Of a DNA stretch of 60,067 nucleotides, positions 28,188-37,339 are shown one piece after another (position 1 is the first letter of the stretch; the number at the start of each line of letters is the position of its first letter). The position numbers and the translations under genes are program-made. This stretch comes from a virus. Lineage: Duplodnaviria > Caudoviricetes. The notes below the pieces were generated by a model that was not told the origin of the DNA, did not search any database, and worked only from the letters and a program-made list of their open reading frames with translations. The DNA lies in IMG/VR virus record IMGVR_UViG_3300012950_000003, positions 1 to 60,067 of that record; one strand, written 5' to 3'.

Positions 28188-28495
28188 CCTGCCCTAACCT
28201 GCCCTAACTATGTTAGGGCATCATTCACCCTTAGCCCAAACCCTTGCTACCACTTAATCCGACGGGGCAACAAGATGGGGTTAAGTTAGGGCAAATTAGG
28301 GCAAACAGGGCAAAAACGGAATCTGTAACTTTTACTACAGAAAAAGTTTTATTGAAATGAAATAAAACTTTTATTTTACTGGAGCTGTATGGTACCCTAC
28401 TTACCCTGTTTGCCCTACCCTAGAGCAAGAAAGCCTGTCATATCAAGGGGTCAGCAATTATTTTAGCTTAGGGCAAATTAGGGCATCGTAGGGCA
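28180..28495. repeat. Iteron array, likely replication origin
   Basis: About 13 TGCCCTAA/TTAGGGCA-type motifs in oppositely oriented clusters around an AT-rich core, directly after the primase-helicase gene. Confidence 0.8.
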
Positions 28496-28517
28496 AGTCG
28501 AAAATTCGGCAGTTATT

Positions 28518-28898
28518 TTGTCGATAATGATGAAAAAGGCAAGCAAGAAATCCGCAACCATTAAATTTTGGGCGGCAAAAGGGAGGGTTGAGATGGCTAC
28601 ACCTCGAGATAAGGATGTTCTGGTGGTGAATGCTAAGGATCAATTATTGATACAGGTGAAGTATTCTGCTATCCCAGCCCTTATCGTAGCTTCAGACGGG
28701 TTGAGAATCCACGGCTTCCCGACCAAGAAGTACCCGCAAGGCCGAATCCCTTATTTAGCAGTAACCGATGTTCTGGAGTGGCACCGAAACGAATTGCCGC
28801 ACACTATTAATCCGAAGGAATGTCAGGAACGGGAAGAAGTGATCTTAGCTCTAGAAAAGACTTTAGCTAAACATCAGGCCAATGAAGAAGGAATTTGA
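28518..28898 (+). CDS. Hypothetical protein
   Basis: GGGAGG RBS suggests an internal start at MATPRD. Confidence 0.55.
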   Translation: MSIMMKKASKKSATIKFWAAKGRVEMATPRDKDVLVVNAKDQLLIQVKYSAIPALIVASDGLRIHGFPTKKYPQGRIPYLAVTDVLEWHRNELPHTINPKECQEREEVILALEKTLAKHQANEEGI

Positions 28899-28916
28899 CA
28901 GTTTCTTCATCTGGGT

Positions 28917-29534
28917 TTGGGGTTTCTTAATAGGCACCTTGCTCCTGTTTGTGGCCGGAGTTATCTGGGGGATATATGCTTTTATTCTGTTTTGGATGGC
29001 AACTTGAAGATAGATAAACCCAAGTCTCCAAAGAAGACCAACCAAAAGGTATGGCTGACGGTGGAGCAATCAGCCGAAAAAGTGGAACGGAGTCCGAATA
29101 CTATTCGCAATTGGATTAACCAGTCCAACAAAGGACTGGTTAAGAACCGCTTGCTGTTACGCAAAGCCTGGCGCGACAAAAACCAGACCAATTGCCGAAA
29201 AAAGACATGGCTGATTGAGGAGCAGTCTTTAATAGATCGCAATCAGAATTCGGTTAGGATGCGGAAGTATGTCAAGCCACAAAAGATTCATCGGCAAGAT
29301 TTGGTTCGTAAAGGAATGCCCAAAAGCATTCGCTATGAAAGCGGCGATAGCCCGCAACGAGTAGAGGCTGACAGGCGAAAATGGGTCGATGAATGGGTGG
29401 CAGAAGGTAAGAGTTTAGACCGTATTCTAAGGGTCTTCAACCCGTATCTCCACCCAGAAATCTCGGGGTACTATTCCCAATCCATTAAGCAAAAATTTTA
29501 TCAGGAGAGGGCCAAACATGATTCTCAAGAATAA
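28917..29534 (+). CDS. Excisionase/MerR-like HTH protein (paralog A; start perhaps 29004)
   Basis: WLTVEQSAEKVERSPNTIRNWI; C-terminus shared with 29909-30379. Confidence 0.7.
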   Translation: MGFLNRHLAPVCGRSYLGDICFYSVLDGNLKIDKPKSPKKTNQKVWLTVEQSAEKVERSPNTIRNWINQSNKGLVKNRLLLRKAWRDKNQTNCRKKTWLIEEQSLIDRNQNSVRMRKYVKPQKIHRQDLVRKGMPKSIRYESGDSPQRVEADRRKWVDEWVAEGKSLDRILRVFNPYLHPEISGYYSQSIKQKFYQERAKHDSQE

Positions 29535-29901
29535 GGCCGCTAGCCGGTTACGAGATATTATCATAGAGTTGGATCGGATAAGTTTAGAGCAGGAACGTTT
29601 AGCGGGAGAGATAGGAGCGTTTTTAGCCTCCTACCAAGAACGGACGTGGGACAAGGAGTGTCAAGGTTGTGGGATAGGGTTCAAGACGGATGATCAGAGG
29701 CGGAAGTATTGTCAGCCTCAGTGTGGGCGGGCTTCCCGCGACAAGGTTTATCTTCAGAAAGTTAAGGAAGATCCACAGAAAAATGCCCGACGGAAAAAAC
29801 AGAATGCTATCGCGGCTAGAAAGTATCGAGACTCTAAGAAAAGGAAGGAGGCCGAAGCGGGATCAGCCAAGAATGTCAAGATAGCCTCACCGCTTTTTTA
29901 A
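29518..29901 (+). CDS. Zinc-finger protein
   Basis: CQGC...YCQPQC plus basic tail. Confidence 0.65.
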   Translation: MILKNKAASRLRDIIIELDRISLEQERLAGEIGAFLASYQERTWDKECQGCGIGFKTDDQRRKYCQPQCGRASRDKVYLQKVKEDPQKNARRKKQNAIAARKYRDSKKRKEAEAGSAKNVKIASPLF

Positions 29902-29908
29902 TGCCCTG

Positions 29909-30379
29909 ATGCAGAAGCGTTGGATCACAGTCAAGGAAGCCGCCCTCCGAATACAACGCAGTCATCAGACTGTTTACCGCCTGATCTATAAATCCGAACT
30001 GGGCCAACTTGATCCGCCTTTAGAAACCCTGCGAATCGAGTCTGGGGTGGGGCGCCGCTGGATGGTAGAGGAGTCTTCCCTGGGAGGGCTATCGCCGCCA
30101 TGGTCGAACTATATCAAAGACAACCTGCTAGTCAATGGGGGCCAACGCAAGGACGGTCTAACTGTCAAGAACAAGAAAAGCATCCGCTACGACGGCAACG
30201 ACACGGAGGCCAAAGTGTTGTCTGACAGAAAGAAATGGGTTAAGGGCTGGATCGCTGAAGGAAAAACGCTCCGCCGCGTACTGTCAGTTTTCGATAGCTC
30301 CCTCCACCCTGAAATAGAACAGATCTATTGGCAGTTGGTAGAGGAGTCAGAGGCGGATGATCCAAGAATATCAAGATAA
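29909..30379 (+). CDS. Excisionase/MerR-like HTH protein (paralog B)
   Basis: WITVKEAALRIQRSHQTVYRLI. Confidence 0.7.
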   Translation: MQKRWITVKEAALRIQRSHQTVYRLIYKSELGQLDPPLETLRIESGVGRRWMVEESSLGGLSPPWSNYIKDNLLVNGGQRKDGLTVKNKKSIRYDGNDTEAKVLSDRKKWVKGWIAEGKTLRRVLSVFDSSLHPEIEQIYWQLVEESEADDPRISR

Positions 30380-30599
30380 CCTATTTGTGATAACGACAGT
30401 AAAGGAGGTCTTCCATTTAGAGGGAGCTCGTCACCGGGTACAGATTTTCCGGCAGATGGGAGAGTTCGAGTATTTGTCGCTGGAGCCTCGATTTAGGGCT
30501 AGTCGTTGTGCTACCGTGGTAGTAGGGGAAACCCAAAATGAAGCTATACAGAAAGCCAAAGATTACCTGAATGGACAATTAGGTATACCGGGGTTCTGA
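30357..30599 (+). CDS. Hypothetical protein
   Basis: Overlapping operon gene. Confidence 0.55.
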   Translation: MIQEYQDNLFVITTVKEVFHLEGARHRVQIFRQMGEFEYLSLEPRFRASRCATVVVGETQNEAIQKAKDYLNGQLGIPGF

Positions 30600-30601
30600 G
30601 A

Positions 30602-30916
30602 TTGAAACCCAGAACAAGGAATATGAAGTTCAAATGGCCCAAATTTAACATGGATATAGAAGAAACGGTAACGGCAATATTGCACGCCCAGACCGGCGAT
30701 ATCGTGGCGACGGTTATGAACGAAGTGGCTGGTAGTAACATGGCCCTAGAAATTAAGGAGATGATAACAGAAGAACTAGAACCCCTGATAAAATCAATGG
30801 CCAAGCAAGTTATTAGCGAATATATGGATCAGGTTAAAGACGAATTGATTGAAATGGCTTCCAAACGCTTGATAGAATTATTAGCCGATAGGTTGTTAGG
30901 AAAAGATGAGGCGTAA
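30602..30916 (+). CDS. Hypothetical helical protein
   Basis: AAGGA RBS near MKFKWP. Confidence 0.55.
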   Translation: MKPRTRNMKFKWPKFNMDIEETVTAILHAQTGDIVATVMNEVAGSNMALEIKEMITEELEPLIKSMAKQVISEYMDQVKDELIEMASKRLIELLADRLLGKDEA

Positions 30917-31535
30917 AGTTATGATACCAGAACAGGTAATGGCGATTATCGAGGAAACAGTGCAAACCGAAGGCGGTTTTGTGAATGACCCGCTGGATGC
31001 CGGAGGAGCAACTAATTTCGGCATCACTCAAAAGACCTTTTCCGACTTTATAGGTAGATCAGCCACTACTGCCGAGATAGAGAATATGGCTTTAGAGGCG
31101 GCGGTCGAGATCTATTACGAGAACTTCTGGAAGAAGAACAAGGTGGAGCGTTTGCCAGAACCGTTGCAACATCACCAATTTGATGCCATCGTTCAACATG
31201 GGCCAAGAAACGCCGGTCGAATCGTACAACAGTCAGCCGTCAACCGTCGCCGATTAGAACCGGAGGAGGTGGATGGCATTGTAGGCCGTGGCACTTTGGC
31301 CGCTATTCAGCCCTTGACCTTAACCCATGTCTTAATTGAACGGGTAATGTTTTATGCCAACCTAGTCTTTGACGGCTCTAGCTATTTGAAACGAAATAGT
31401 CAGGTACGCTTCTTGGTAGGCTGGATGACTCGCGCTTTTGATTTTATTCGTCGGGATGAACGGGCTAAGGTTTTAGCCGAGATCGAGGCCGAAGCTAAAG
31501 CCAAGGCCGAGGAAGAAGCGCAACAGGAGGAATAG
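30906..31535 (+). CDS. Endolysin, glycoside hydrolase family 108
   Basis: EGGFVNDPLDAGGATNFGIT; VDGIVGRGTLAA peptidoglycan-binding motif; FLVGWMTR. Confidence 0.9.
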   Translation: MRRKVMIPEQVMAIIEETVQTEGGFVNDPLDAGGATNFGITQKTFSDFIGRSATTAEIENMALEAAVEIYYENFWKKNKVERLPEPLQHHQFDAIVQHGPRNAGRIVQQSAVNRRRLEPEEVDGIVGRGTLAAIQPLTLTHVLIERVMFYANLVFDGSSYLKRNSQVRFLVGWMTRAFDFIRRDERAKVLAEIEAEAKAKAEEEAQQEE

Positions 31536-31940
31536 ATGAAGAAACCAAGGAGGCGTCGCAAGAAGAATCGGTCTGCCCACCGCCATACGATTGATTCCTT
31601 AGGGGATAATGAGGAACGTCAATCACAGCCTGACTTTTCGCCAGGAAAAGGCCCGATGAGTGTGACCTCCGTCATCATCAACGATGACGGAACTACTAGC
31701 GTCTCAGAACAGCCGGATGTAGATCATGATTTGTGGTGGCAGGCCAAGGGTCTAGCCACCCAACACTTTGAAGATTTCTATGTCAATCAGGTAAAACGGG
31801 ATCATGGCGTGATTGTCAACCCGGCATCTAACAAAGACGGGATTTATGTGGACCCTAAACTTAACAAGTGGATGGATCATTGCGAACAGTGGATGGCCGA
31901 AAGATGGATGGCTGAGTACCAGAAGCTGATAAATGCCTAA
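31536..31940 (+). CDS. Hypothetical protein
   Basis: AGGAGG RBS; basic N-terminus. Confidence 0.6.
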   Translation: MKKPRRRRKKNRSAHRHTIDSLGDNEERQSQPDFSPGKGPMSVTSVIINDDGTTSVSEQPDVDHDLWWQAKGLATQHFEDFYVNQVKRDHGVIVNPASNKDGIYVDPKLNKWMDHCEQWMAERWMAEYQKLINA

Positions 31941-32415
31941 GACATTGATGGACTTGTTTGAGGAGGAGTCTCCGGAACGGCAAAGGATGGTGATCTTCCA
32001 ACGCTATTTTGGCCGGTTACCTAAAGGCCGGCTACCTAGCTTGAACGAGATTATTACCATGCACTACCAGACTTATACTAAACTGAAACGGGAAGCCTAT
32101 CGGGTGATGGTGGCTTTAGCCCGTCGGTATCTACGTCCGGTAGAGTTCTTCCCCATCCAGATCCATTTTCATTGGTATGTGGCTAACCGAAAAATAGATC
32201 CTGATAACATCTCAGCCGCTGGCCGAAAACTGATCTTGGACGCCTTGCAACAAGCTGGCATCATCCCTAACGATGGCTGGGACCAATTCATTGAAAAGGA
32301 AGGTGAAGTGATGCCTTTTCGCGACTTCTATTCGGTGGATAAAGACAACCCTAGAATCGAGGTAGAGATCTATCCGGCTGATAATGATTATTGTGTCACC
32401 TTTGATCACACCTAG
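31933..32415 (+). CDS. RusA-like Holliday junction resolvase
   Basis: PSLNE...DPDNI...KLILDALQQAGIIPND...PRIEVEI. Confidence 0.85.
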   Translation: MPKTLMDLFEEESPERQRMVIFQRYFGRLPKGRLPSLNEIITMHYQTYTKLKREAYRVMVALARRYLRPVEFFPIQIHFHWYVANRKIDPDNISAAGRKLILDALQQAGIIPNDGWDQFIEKEGEVMPFRDFYSVDKDNPRIEVEIYPADNDYCVTFDHT

Positions 32416-32432
32416 CTGATCTCCGATTTTGG

Positions 32433-32540
32433 TGTTATAATCATCCTGCCGGTGCGCACGCCGGTACAATCCTCTCCTTTGGACAGGGGTTGTATTGGGC
32501 GCCTCGTCACCTCGTTTCCGGTGGCGGGGCGTTATTTTAA
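32433..32540 (+). promoter_or_regulatory. Extended -10 promoter followed by structured leader/sRNA and terminator
   Basis: TGtTATAAT at 32433-32441, then two G-U-containing hairpins; the second is followed by TATTTT. Confidence 0.6.
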
Positions 32541-32577
32541 TTCTGTGGGACTTTCAAAAGGCATCAGTGTTTAAGAA

Positions 32578-33051
32578 ATGAAAGACGAGCGTAAAATATA
32601 TGACCGGCTGGAAGTAGAGAGTGCTCCAGCCTTTGTTGCCTTCGAGATTTATCGCGACTTGGATCCGGGCCAGCGGTCAATAGATCGAGCCTTTGGGATT
32701 CACCGCGAACGGAAGGGGCAGAAACCTAACGGCAAACAAGCTCACGGCCATTGGACAAGATGGAGTAGTTTGCATAATTGGGTAGCCAGAGCTAAAGCCT
32801 ATGATGCCGACAATCAACGGGAAGCCCGTGAACGGGCGCAGGAAGACCGCCAAGCGGAAATCAAGAAATGGTTGGATGAACAATTCACTATCAGCAAGGC
32901 TTTCCAAGGTTATGTCCGCCGAGAAATCCGGGCCGAGCTAGAAACCCCTGGCACTCGTGAGGTTCACGAAATCCGCCAACTGGCGTTGGTATTTGATATT
33001 AGTGGTTCATGGGTGAAAGAGATTATCGGTGTAGGGGACGATGATGGCTAG
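32578..33051 (+). CDS. Terminase small subunit (putative)
   Basis: ES..AF.AF..YRD...RS...WS...NWV.RA.AYD pattern plus coiled coil; first gene of the late operon. Confidence 0.65.
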   Translation: MKDERKIYDRLEVESAPAFVAFEIYRDLDPGQRSIDRAFGIHRERKGQKPNGKQAHGHWTRWSSLHNWVARAKAYDADNQREARERAQEDRQAEIKKWLDEQFTISKAFQGYVRREIRAELETPGTREVHEIRQLALVFDISGSWVKEIIGVGDDDG

Positions 33052-33610
33052 ACAGCATATCAGCCGGAAAGGGAATTTCGATGCCGGCCATCGGGTGATG
33101 AACGAGGCCATGAAGTGCTTTAATTTGCACGGTCATACCTATCTATTTGAACTGGCTTTCGGCTTCAACAGCGTGGCTCCAATCGGCTATGCCATCGACT
33201 TCAAAGAGATCAAGCGGGTGGGCTGTCAGTGGATAGACGATTTGCTGGATCATGGCATGATCCTCAACCCGACCGATGAAACGGTTATAAAGACGGTCGA
33301 GGGGTTGGGGGGCAAATTATGGTTGATGAGCCTCAACGGTGCGGGCCAGTATTGCAACCCGACAGTCGAAAATATTGCCAGAGAGGTGTTCATGGCCATG
33401 CAGATATTATTCGACCAAGGCCGGTCCGAAGGTGGCTATGGCTTACAGATTGATGAGGTGGTTATCTGGGAGACCCCTAATTGTGCTACCCGGTGCCGTT
33501 CGGATTCTATTTCGAGTGTTGAAAGAAACAATTTTCATAATGCGCGCTTCGACCAGATAGACCAGTACCGGATCAGGAAGGGTGAGCTCGAATACGACGA
33601 CCGATTATGA
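33041..33610 (+). CDS. queD: 6-carboxytetrahydropterin synthase
   Basis: FDAGHR, CxNLHGHTY, DFKEIK, LDH, PTVENIA, WETP. Confidence 0.9.
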   Translation: MMARQHISRKGNFDAGHRVMNEAMKCFNLHGHTYLFELAFGFNSVAPIGYAIDFKEIKRVGCQWIDDLLDHGMILNPTDETVIKTVEGLGGKLWLMSLNGAGQYCNPTVENIAREVFMAMQILFDQGRSEGGYGLQIDEVVIWETPNCATRCRSDSISSVERNNFHNARFDQIDQYRIRKGELEYDDRL

Positions 33611-34281
33611 ACCATAGCGAGATTTTTTATTCCATCCAAGGCGAAGGGATGTATGTGGGGATGCCGTCAGTCTTTTTTCGGTTCAGTGGTTGCCCGTTAC
33701 GCTGTGTTTGGTGTGATACACCTTACACCAGTTGGGAAGCGGAGAAGAAGAAGGTCAGCGTGCAACAGGCTACAGATAGCATAAACGAATATGGTTGTGA
33801 GCATGTAGTGATTACCGGCGGAGAACCTTATGCTCAAACCAAGGCTTTGGAACAGTTATGCCTTCAACTGCACGCCGATCACTATCTAACCATCGAAACA
33901 GCAGGTGTTATCTACCATCCCACCCTGGCCGACCTAATTTCGTTGAGCCCTAAATTGAGTAATTCTGTACCTGTCGGCCAAGCGCAAGCGGAGAAGCATG
34001 ATCATTTCCGCCTGAATTATAAGGTCTTAGCCCGGTTCCAAGAACAGCATGTTTGTCAATGGAAGTTCGTCATCGACAGGTCGGAAGATATAGCCGAGGT
34101 CGAAGACATAGAAACGGATTTACAGATTCCGCGCAACCATATTTTCTTAATGCCCCAAGGTAAAACCCAACCAGAAGTGGCTGGCAAAAGCCAGTGGCTA
34201 GCTGAGTTGTGTAAAGGGCATGGTTGGCGGTTCAGCCCCCGATTGCATGTCGATTTATGGGGTGATACGAGAGGTGTATGA
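33607..34281 (+). CDS. queE: 7-carboxy-7-deazaguanine synthase (radical SAM)
   Basis: EIFYSIQGEG, GCPLRCVWCDT, ITGGEP, IETAG, SPK, RLH. Confidence 0.95.
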   Translation: MNHSEIFYSIQGEGMYVGMPSVFFRFSGCPLRCVWCDTPYTSWEAEKKKVSVQQATDSINEYGCEHVVITGGEPYAQTKALEQLCLQLHADHYLTIETAGVIYHPTLADLISLSPKLSNSVPVGQAQAEKHDHFRLNYKVLARFQEQHVCQWKFVIDRSEDIAEVEDIETDLQIPRNHIFLMPQGKTQPEVAGKSQWLAELCKGHGWRFSPRLHVDLWGDTRGV

Positions 34282-34787
34282 AACAAAAAGAAAGTTCGAC
34301 CGATGAGGTAGTAGGCTTTTCTTGGTCACTGATCGAGCAGTTAGTTAGCCAAATCGTCTTACAGATAAACAATTCCGGCCAAAAATATTCAGCTGTCTAC
34401 GGTCTACCACGAGGAGGGCTAATCCCGGCCGTAATGTTCAGCCACCAATTAGGGTTACCTTATTACGATTGGGCCGATTTGGGATCGAGGACGGAACCTG
34501 CCCGCCACCATAATGTGCTGATAGTGGATGATGTGATCGAGACAGGTAAAACTATAAAGTCGCGATTCGCATGGTCTTCCGACTTGAGGCCTTTCGATAT
34601 AGCCACCCTGATAGACAAGTTACAGGCTGATTGGATAGATTATTATGGGTTACGGGTGGACTTGGATGTTTGGGTCAAGTTCCCTTGGGAGTCCGATCAG
34701 TCAACTACCCTTAATAATGACGGGGATCCCACCTATCCGTCACCCCCAAACCGGTCGTTTCTAAATGATGAATCAGGACGAGTTTGA
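34278..34787 (+). CDS. Purine phosphoribosyltransferase (Gpt-like)
   Basis: PRGGLIPA, VLIVDDVIETGKT PRPP loop, WVKFPWE. Confidence 0.9.
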   Translation: MKQKESSTDEVVGFSWSLIEQLVSQIVLQINNSGQKYSAVYGLPRGGLIPAVMFSHQLGLPYYDWADLGSRTEPARHHNVLIVDDVIETGKTIKSRFAWSSDLRPFDIATLIDKLQADWIDYYGLRVDLDVWVKFPWESDQSTTLNNDGDPTYPSPPNRSFLNDESGRV

Positions 34788-35343
34788 GATGGATCAAGCC
34801 ATGATCGAAGAAGGGGTGCGGACAATGTTGATCGGTTTAGGTGAGGATCCGCAACGGGAAGGGCTCCAAAACACGCCAGCACGTTTCGCTAAAATGATGA
34901 TGGAGATGACAACCCCACCATCATTCACCCCGACCACTTTCAGCAACGAAGACGATTATGACCAGATAGTAATGGTCAGCAACATTCCTTTCTATTCCCA
35001 ATGTGAACATCATTTGGTTCCCTTTTTCGGCCAAGCCCATATCGGCTATCTGCCTCAAGCAGACTATATTGGTCTGAGTAAGTTTCCGCGAGTGGTAGAA
35101 TATTTCGCTCGCCGCTTACAGGTACAGGAACGGTTGACAACACAGATAGCCAATTGGGTGATGGGAACCTTAAACCCGTTAGGAGTGGGCGTAATCATCA
35201 AAGCCCGTCATCTCTGCATGGAGATGCGAGGGGTCAAGAAACCCGGTACTGAAACCACCACTTCGGCTATGTTAGGACAAATGCGAGACAACCCTAACAT
35301 GAAAAACGAATTCCTTAATCTGGTCAGTCAGGCATTGACATGA
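34765..35343 (+). CDS. folE: GTP cyclohydrolase I
   Basis: GEDPQREGLQNTPAR, CEHHLVPF, GLSK, RLQVQERLT, HLCMEMRGV. Confidence 0.97.
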   Translation: MMNQDEFEMDQAMIEEGVRTMLIGLGEDPQREGLQNTPARFAKMMMEMTTPPSFTPTTFSNEDDYDQIVMVSNIPFYSQCEHHLVPFFGQAHIGYLPQADYIGLSKFPRVVEYFARRLQVQERLTTQIANWVMGTLNPLGVGVIIKARHLCMEMRGVKKPGTETTTSAMLGQMRDNPNMKNEFLNLVSQALT

Positions 35344-35621
35344 AACATACGATCTGCGTTGACTTTGACGGCACATTAGAACTGGCTAACGGCCAACCTA
35401 ACCAACCGCTAATCGACTGGATGAACAGTCAGGGCTGTCGGTTCTTTATCTGGTCCTCACGGGACTGGATCTATTATGACTATATCGAGGATTGGCTTAA
35501 TCGTCACGGAGTACCTTGCCATAACATCATCTTGGGCAAACCGTTGGCTGATCTGTATATTGATGATCGAGCTTCCCATTGGCAATCTGTTCTGGATAAG
35601 TTAAGTGCCGAAAGAGATTAG
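35340..35621 (+). CDS. Minimal HAD-superfamily phosphatase
   Basis: VDFDGTL and GKPLADLYIDDRA. Confidence 0.85.
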   Translation: MKHTICVDFDGTLELANGQPNQPLIDWMNSQGCRFFIWSSRDWIYYDYIEDWLNRHGVPCHNIILGKPLADLYIDDRASHWQSVLDKLSAERD

Positions 35622-36219
35622 CAGTGCCCCGCCTCGCGTTGGAGACGAAGCACCTCAAGCAATAATAAGGCTATTCCGCTTCCCGTATCAGTTCTTCGGT
35701 CGTCTGTGTGGCAATCACAGCCATACGTTGATGGATATAGCTTCGGGTGATGCTGGCCAGAAAACCGTCTTAGACGGATTGTTTCGGAGACTTATTTTCT
35801 TTGACAATTCTTGTGACCATGAATTTGTCAAACCGGCCGACATCCGATGTATCCCCATGGCTGATAAGAGTGTCGAAGTTTCATTTTGTTTTGAAACCGT
35901 TGAGCATCTTGATAGCCCCGACCAAAATCAAGCGTTGCGGGAATTGGAACGGGTGACCCAAACCCAGATAGTGATAGGAAGTATAGATGAGCATGGGGAA
36001 GACCACGTGGAAGGCGTACCTATTTTCAAAAAGAAAAACGATTCTAACCCCTATCATTTACGGGAGTTGAACTCGCTTACCTTCCCGCAATTGATTGAGC
36101 AGCATTTTACTGACATCGAATATTACCAGTCATGGCCATCCCCTTCCGGGATAGCCATGCGTCACGGGTTGTGGGCGAGGCCTCTTGCTTATTGTAATTA
36201 TGCGATGATTAACCTTTAA
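35605..36219 (+). CDS. Class I SAM-dependent methyltransferase-like protein
   Basis: LMDIASGDAG, IPMADKSVEV, FETVEHL, ALRELERV, NPYHLREL. Confidence 0.75.
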   Translation: MPKEISSAPPRVGDEAPQAIIRLFRFPYQFFGRLCGNHSHTLMDIASGDAGQKTVLDGLFRRLIFFDNSCDHEFVKPADIRCIPMADKSVEVSFCFETVEHLDSPDQNQALRELERVTQTQIVIGSIDEHGEDHVEGVPIFKKKNDSNPYHLRELNSLTFPQLIEQHFTDIEYYQSWPSPSGIAMRHGLWARPLAYCNYAMINL

Positions 36220-36253
36220 TTTCTACCGACCACACTGCAGAGAGTTTTAAGTT

Positions 36254-37339
36254 ATGAGCAAAATCAAAGTAGCCCTAATTGGGGTAGGCAACTGTGCTTC
36301 GGCTTTATTGCAAGGTGTTGACTACTACAAAGACCAAGATCCACAAGGGGTGATGACAGCCGATATTGGCGGTTATTCTCCGGCTGACATCGAAGTAGTA
36401 ACCGCCTTCGATATTAATGCAAACAAAGTAGGGTTGCCGATAGAAGAAGCGGTTTGGCAAAAACCAAATAATGCTTACACCTTTTCCACAGTTAGCAACA
36501 CGGCTATCGTCCAGCCGGGCATAGTGCTGGACAGTATGGCCGATTACCAGTTCCATAATTTCCCGGTCAAGGAGGAGACCGTTGAGGATCTGAAACGAGG
36601 CGTAGGACCTATCGTCAAAGCCTTAGTGGAAACGGGAGCCGAGATAGCGGTTTGTTATTTGCCGGTCGGTAGTTACGAAGCCAGCCGAGCCTATGCTAAA
36701 GCCTGCCTAAATGCCAAGGTCAGTTTCATTAATGCTATGCCGGAGTTCATTACCACTGACAAAATGTGGCAAGAACAGTTTGAGATTAATGGGCTAGTCT
36801 GTGCTGGTGATGACGTTAAAAGCCAAGTGGGCGCTACGGTAGTTCACCGCACTTTAGCCCACCTGATCGAGATGCGTGGACAGAAGATCAATAATACTTA
36901 TCAATTAAACTTCGGAGGTAACACCGACTTTGAAAATATGCTGGATCGGAGCAGGTTGGTAAATAAAGAGAAAAGTAAGACCCAATCAGTAACCAGTTTG
37001 TTGGACCAGATCCCGCATATGAAAGTAGGGCCTAGCGATTTTGTCTCTTATTTGGATGACAAGAAAATTTGCTATATCAATATCCAAGGAGAGCAATTTG
37101 GCGGCGCGCCTTTCAGCATAGAGTTAAAGTTGGAAGTAGAAGATTCGCCTAACTCAGCTGGCGTCATCTGCGACGCTATCAGAGGAGTTAAGTTGGCCTT
37201 GGATCGGCATCAATACGGGTATTGCGATGCTGTCAGCAGTTGGTGTTTCAAGTCACCGTCAATCCAGATGCCCGACTTAGAAGCTAAACAGCAGTTCGAC
37301 CGATGGATCAAGCCAGCCAATCAGGTGGGGGTGCGATGA
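36254..37339 (+). CDS. ino1: Inositol-3-phosphate (myo-inositol-1-phosphate) synthase
   Basis: GVGNCAS, YLPVGS, GDDVKSQVGAT, YQLNFGGNTDFENM, KSKT, EDSPNSAG, FKSP. Confidence 0.95.
   Translation: MSKIKVALIGVGNCASALLQGVDYYKDQDPQGVMTADIGGYSPADIEVVTAFDINANKVGLPIEEAVWQKPNNAYTFSTVSNTAIVQPGIVLDSMADYQFHNFPVKEETVEDLKRGVGPIVKALVETGAEIAVCYLPVGSYEASRAYAKACLNAKVSFINAMPEFITTDKMWQEQFEINGLVCAGDDVKSQVGATVVHRTLAHLIEMRGQKINNTYQLNFGGNTDFENMLDRSRLVNKEKSKTQSVTSLLDQIPHMKVGPSDFVSYLDDKKICYINIQGEQFGGAPFSIELKLEVEDSPNSAGVICDAIRGVKLALDRHQYGYCDAVSSWCFKSPSIQMPDLEAKQQFDRWIKPANQVGVR

Noticed and set aside
28180-28495. TTAGGG-like repeats as telomeric sequence or a CRISPR array
   Set aside because: Units are 9-10 bp in both orientations with no spacers, and they lie next to the primase; iterons explain them better.
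32445-32540. Possible tRNA
   Set aside because: No cloverleaf or T-loop GTTC motif; it folds as two hairpins.
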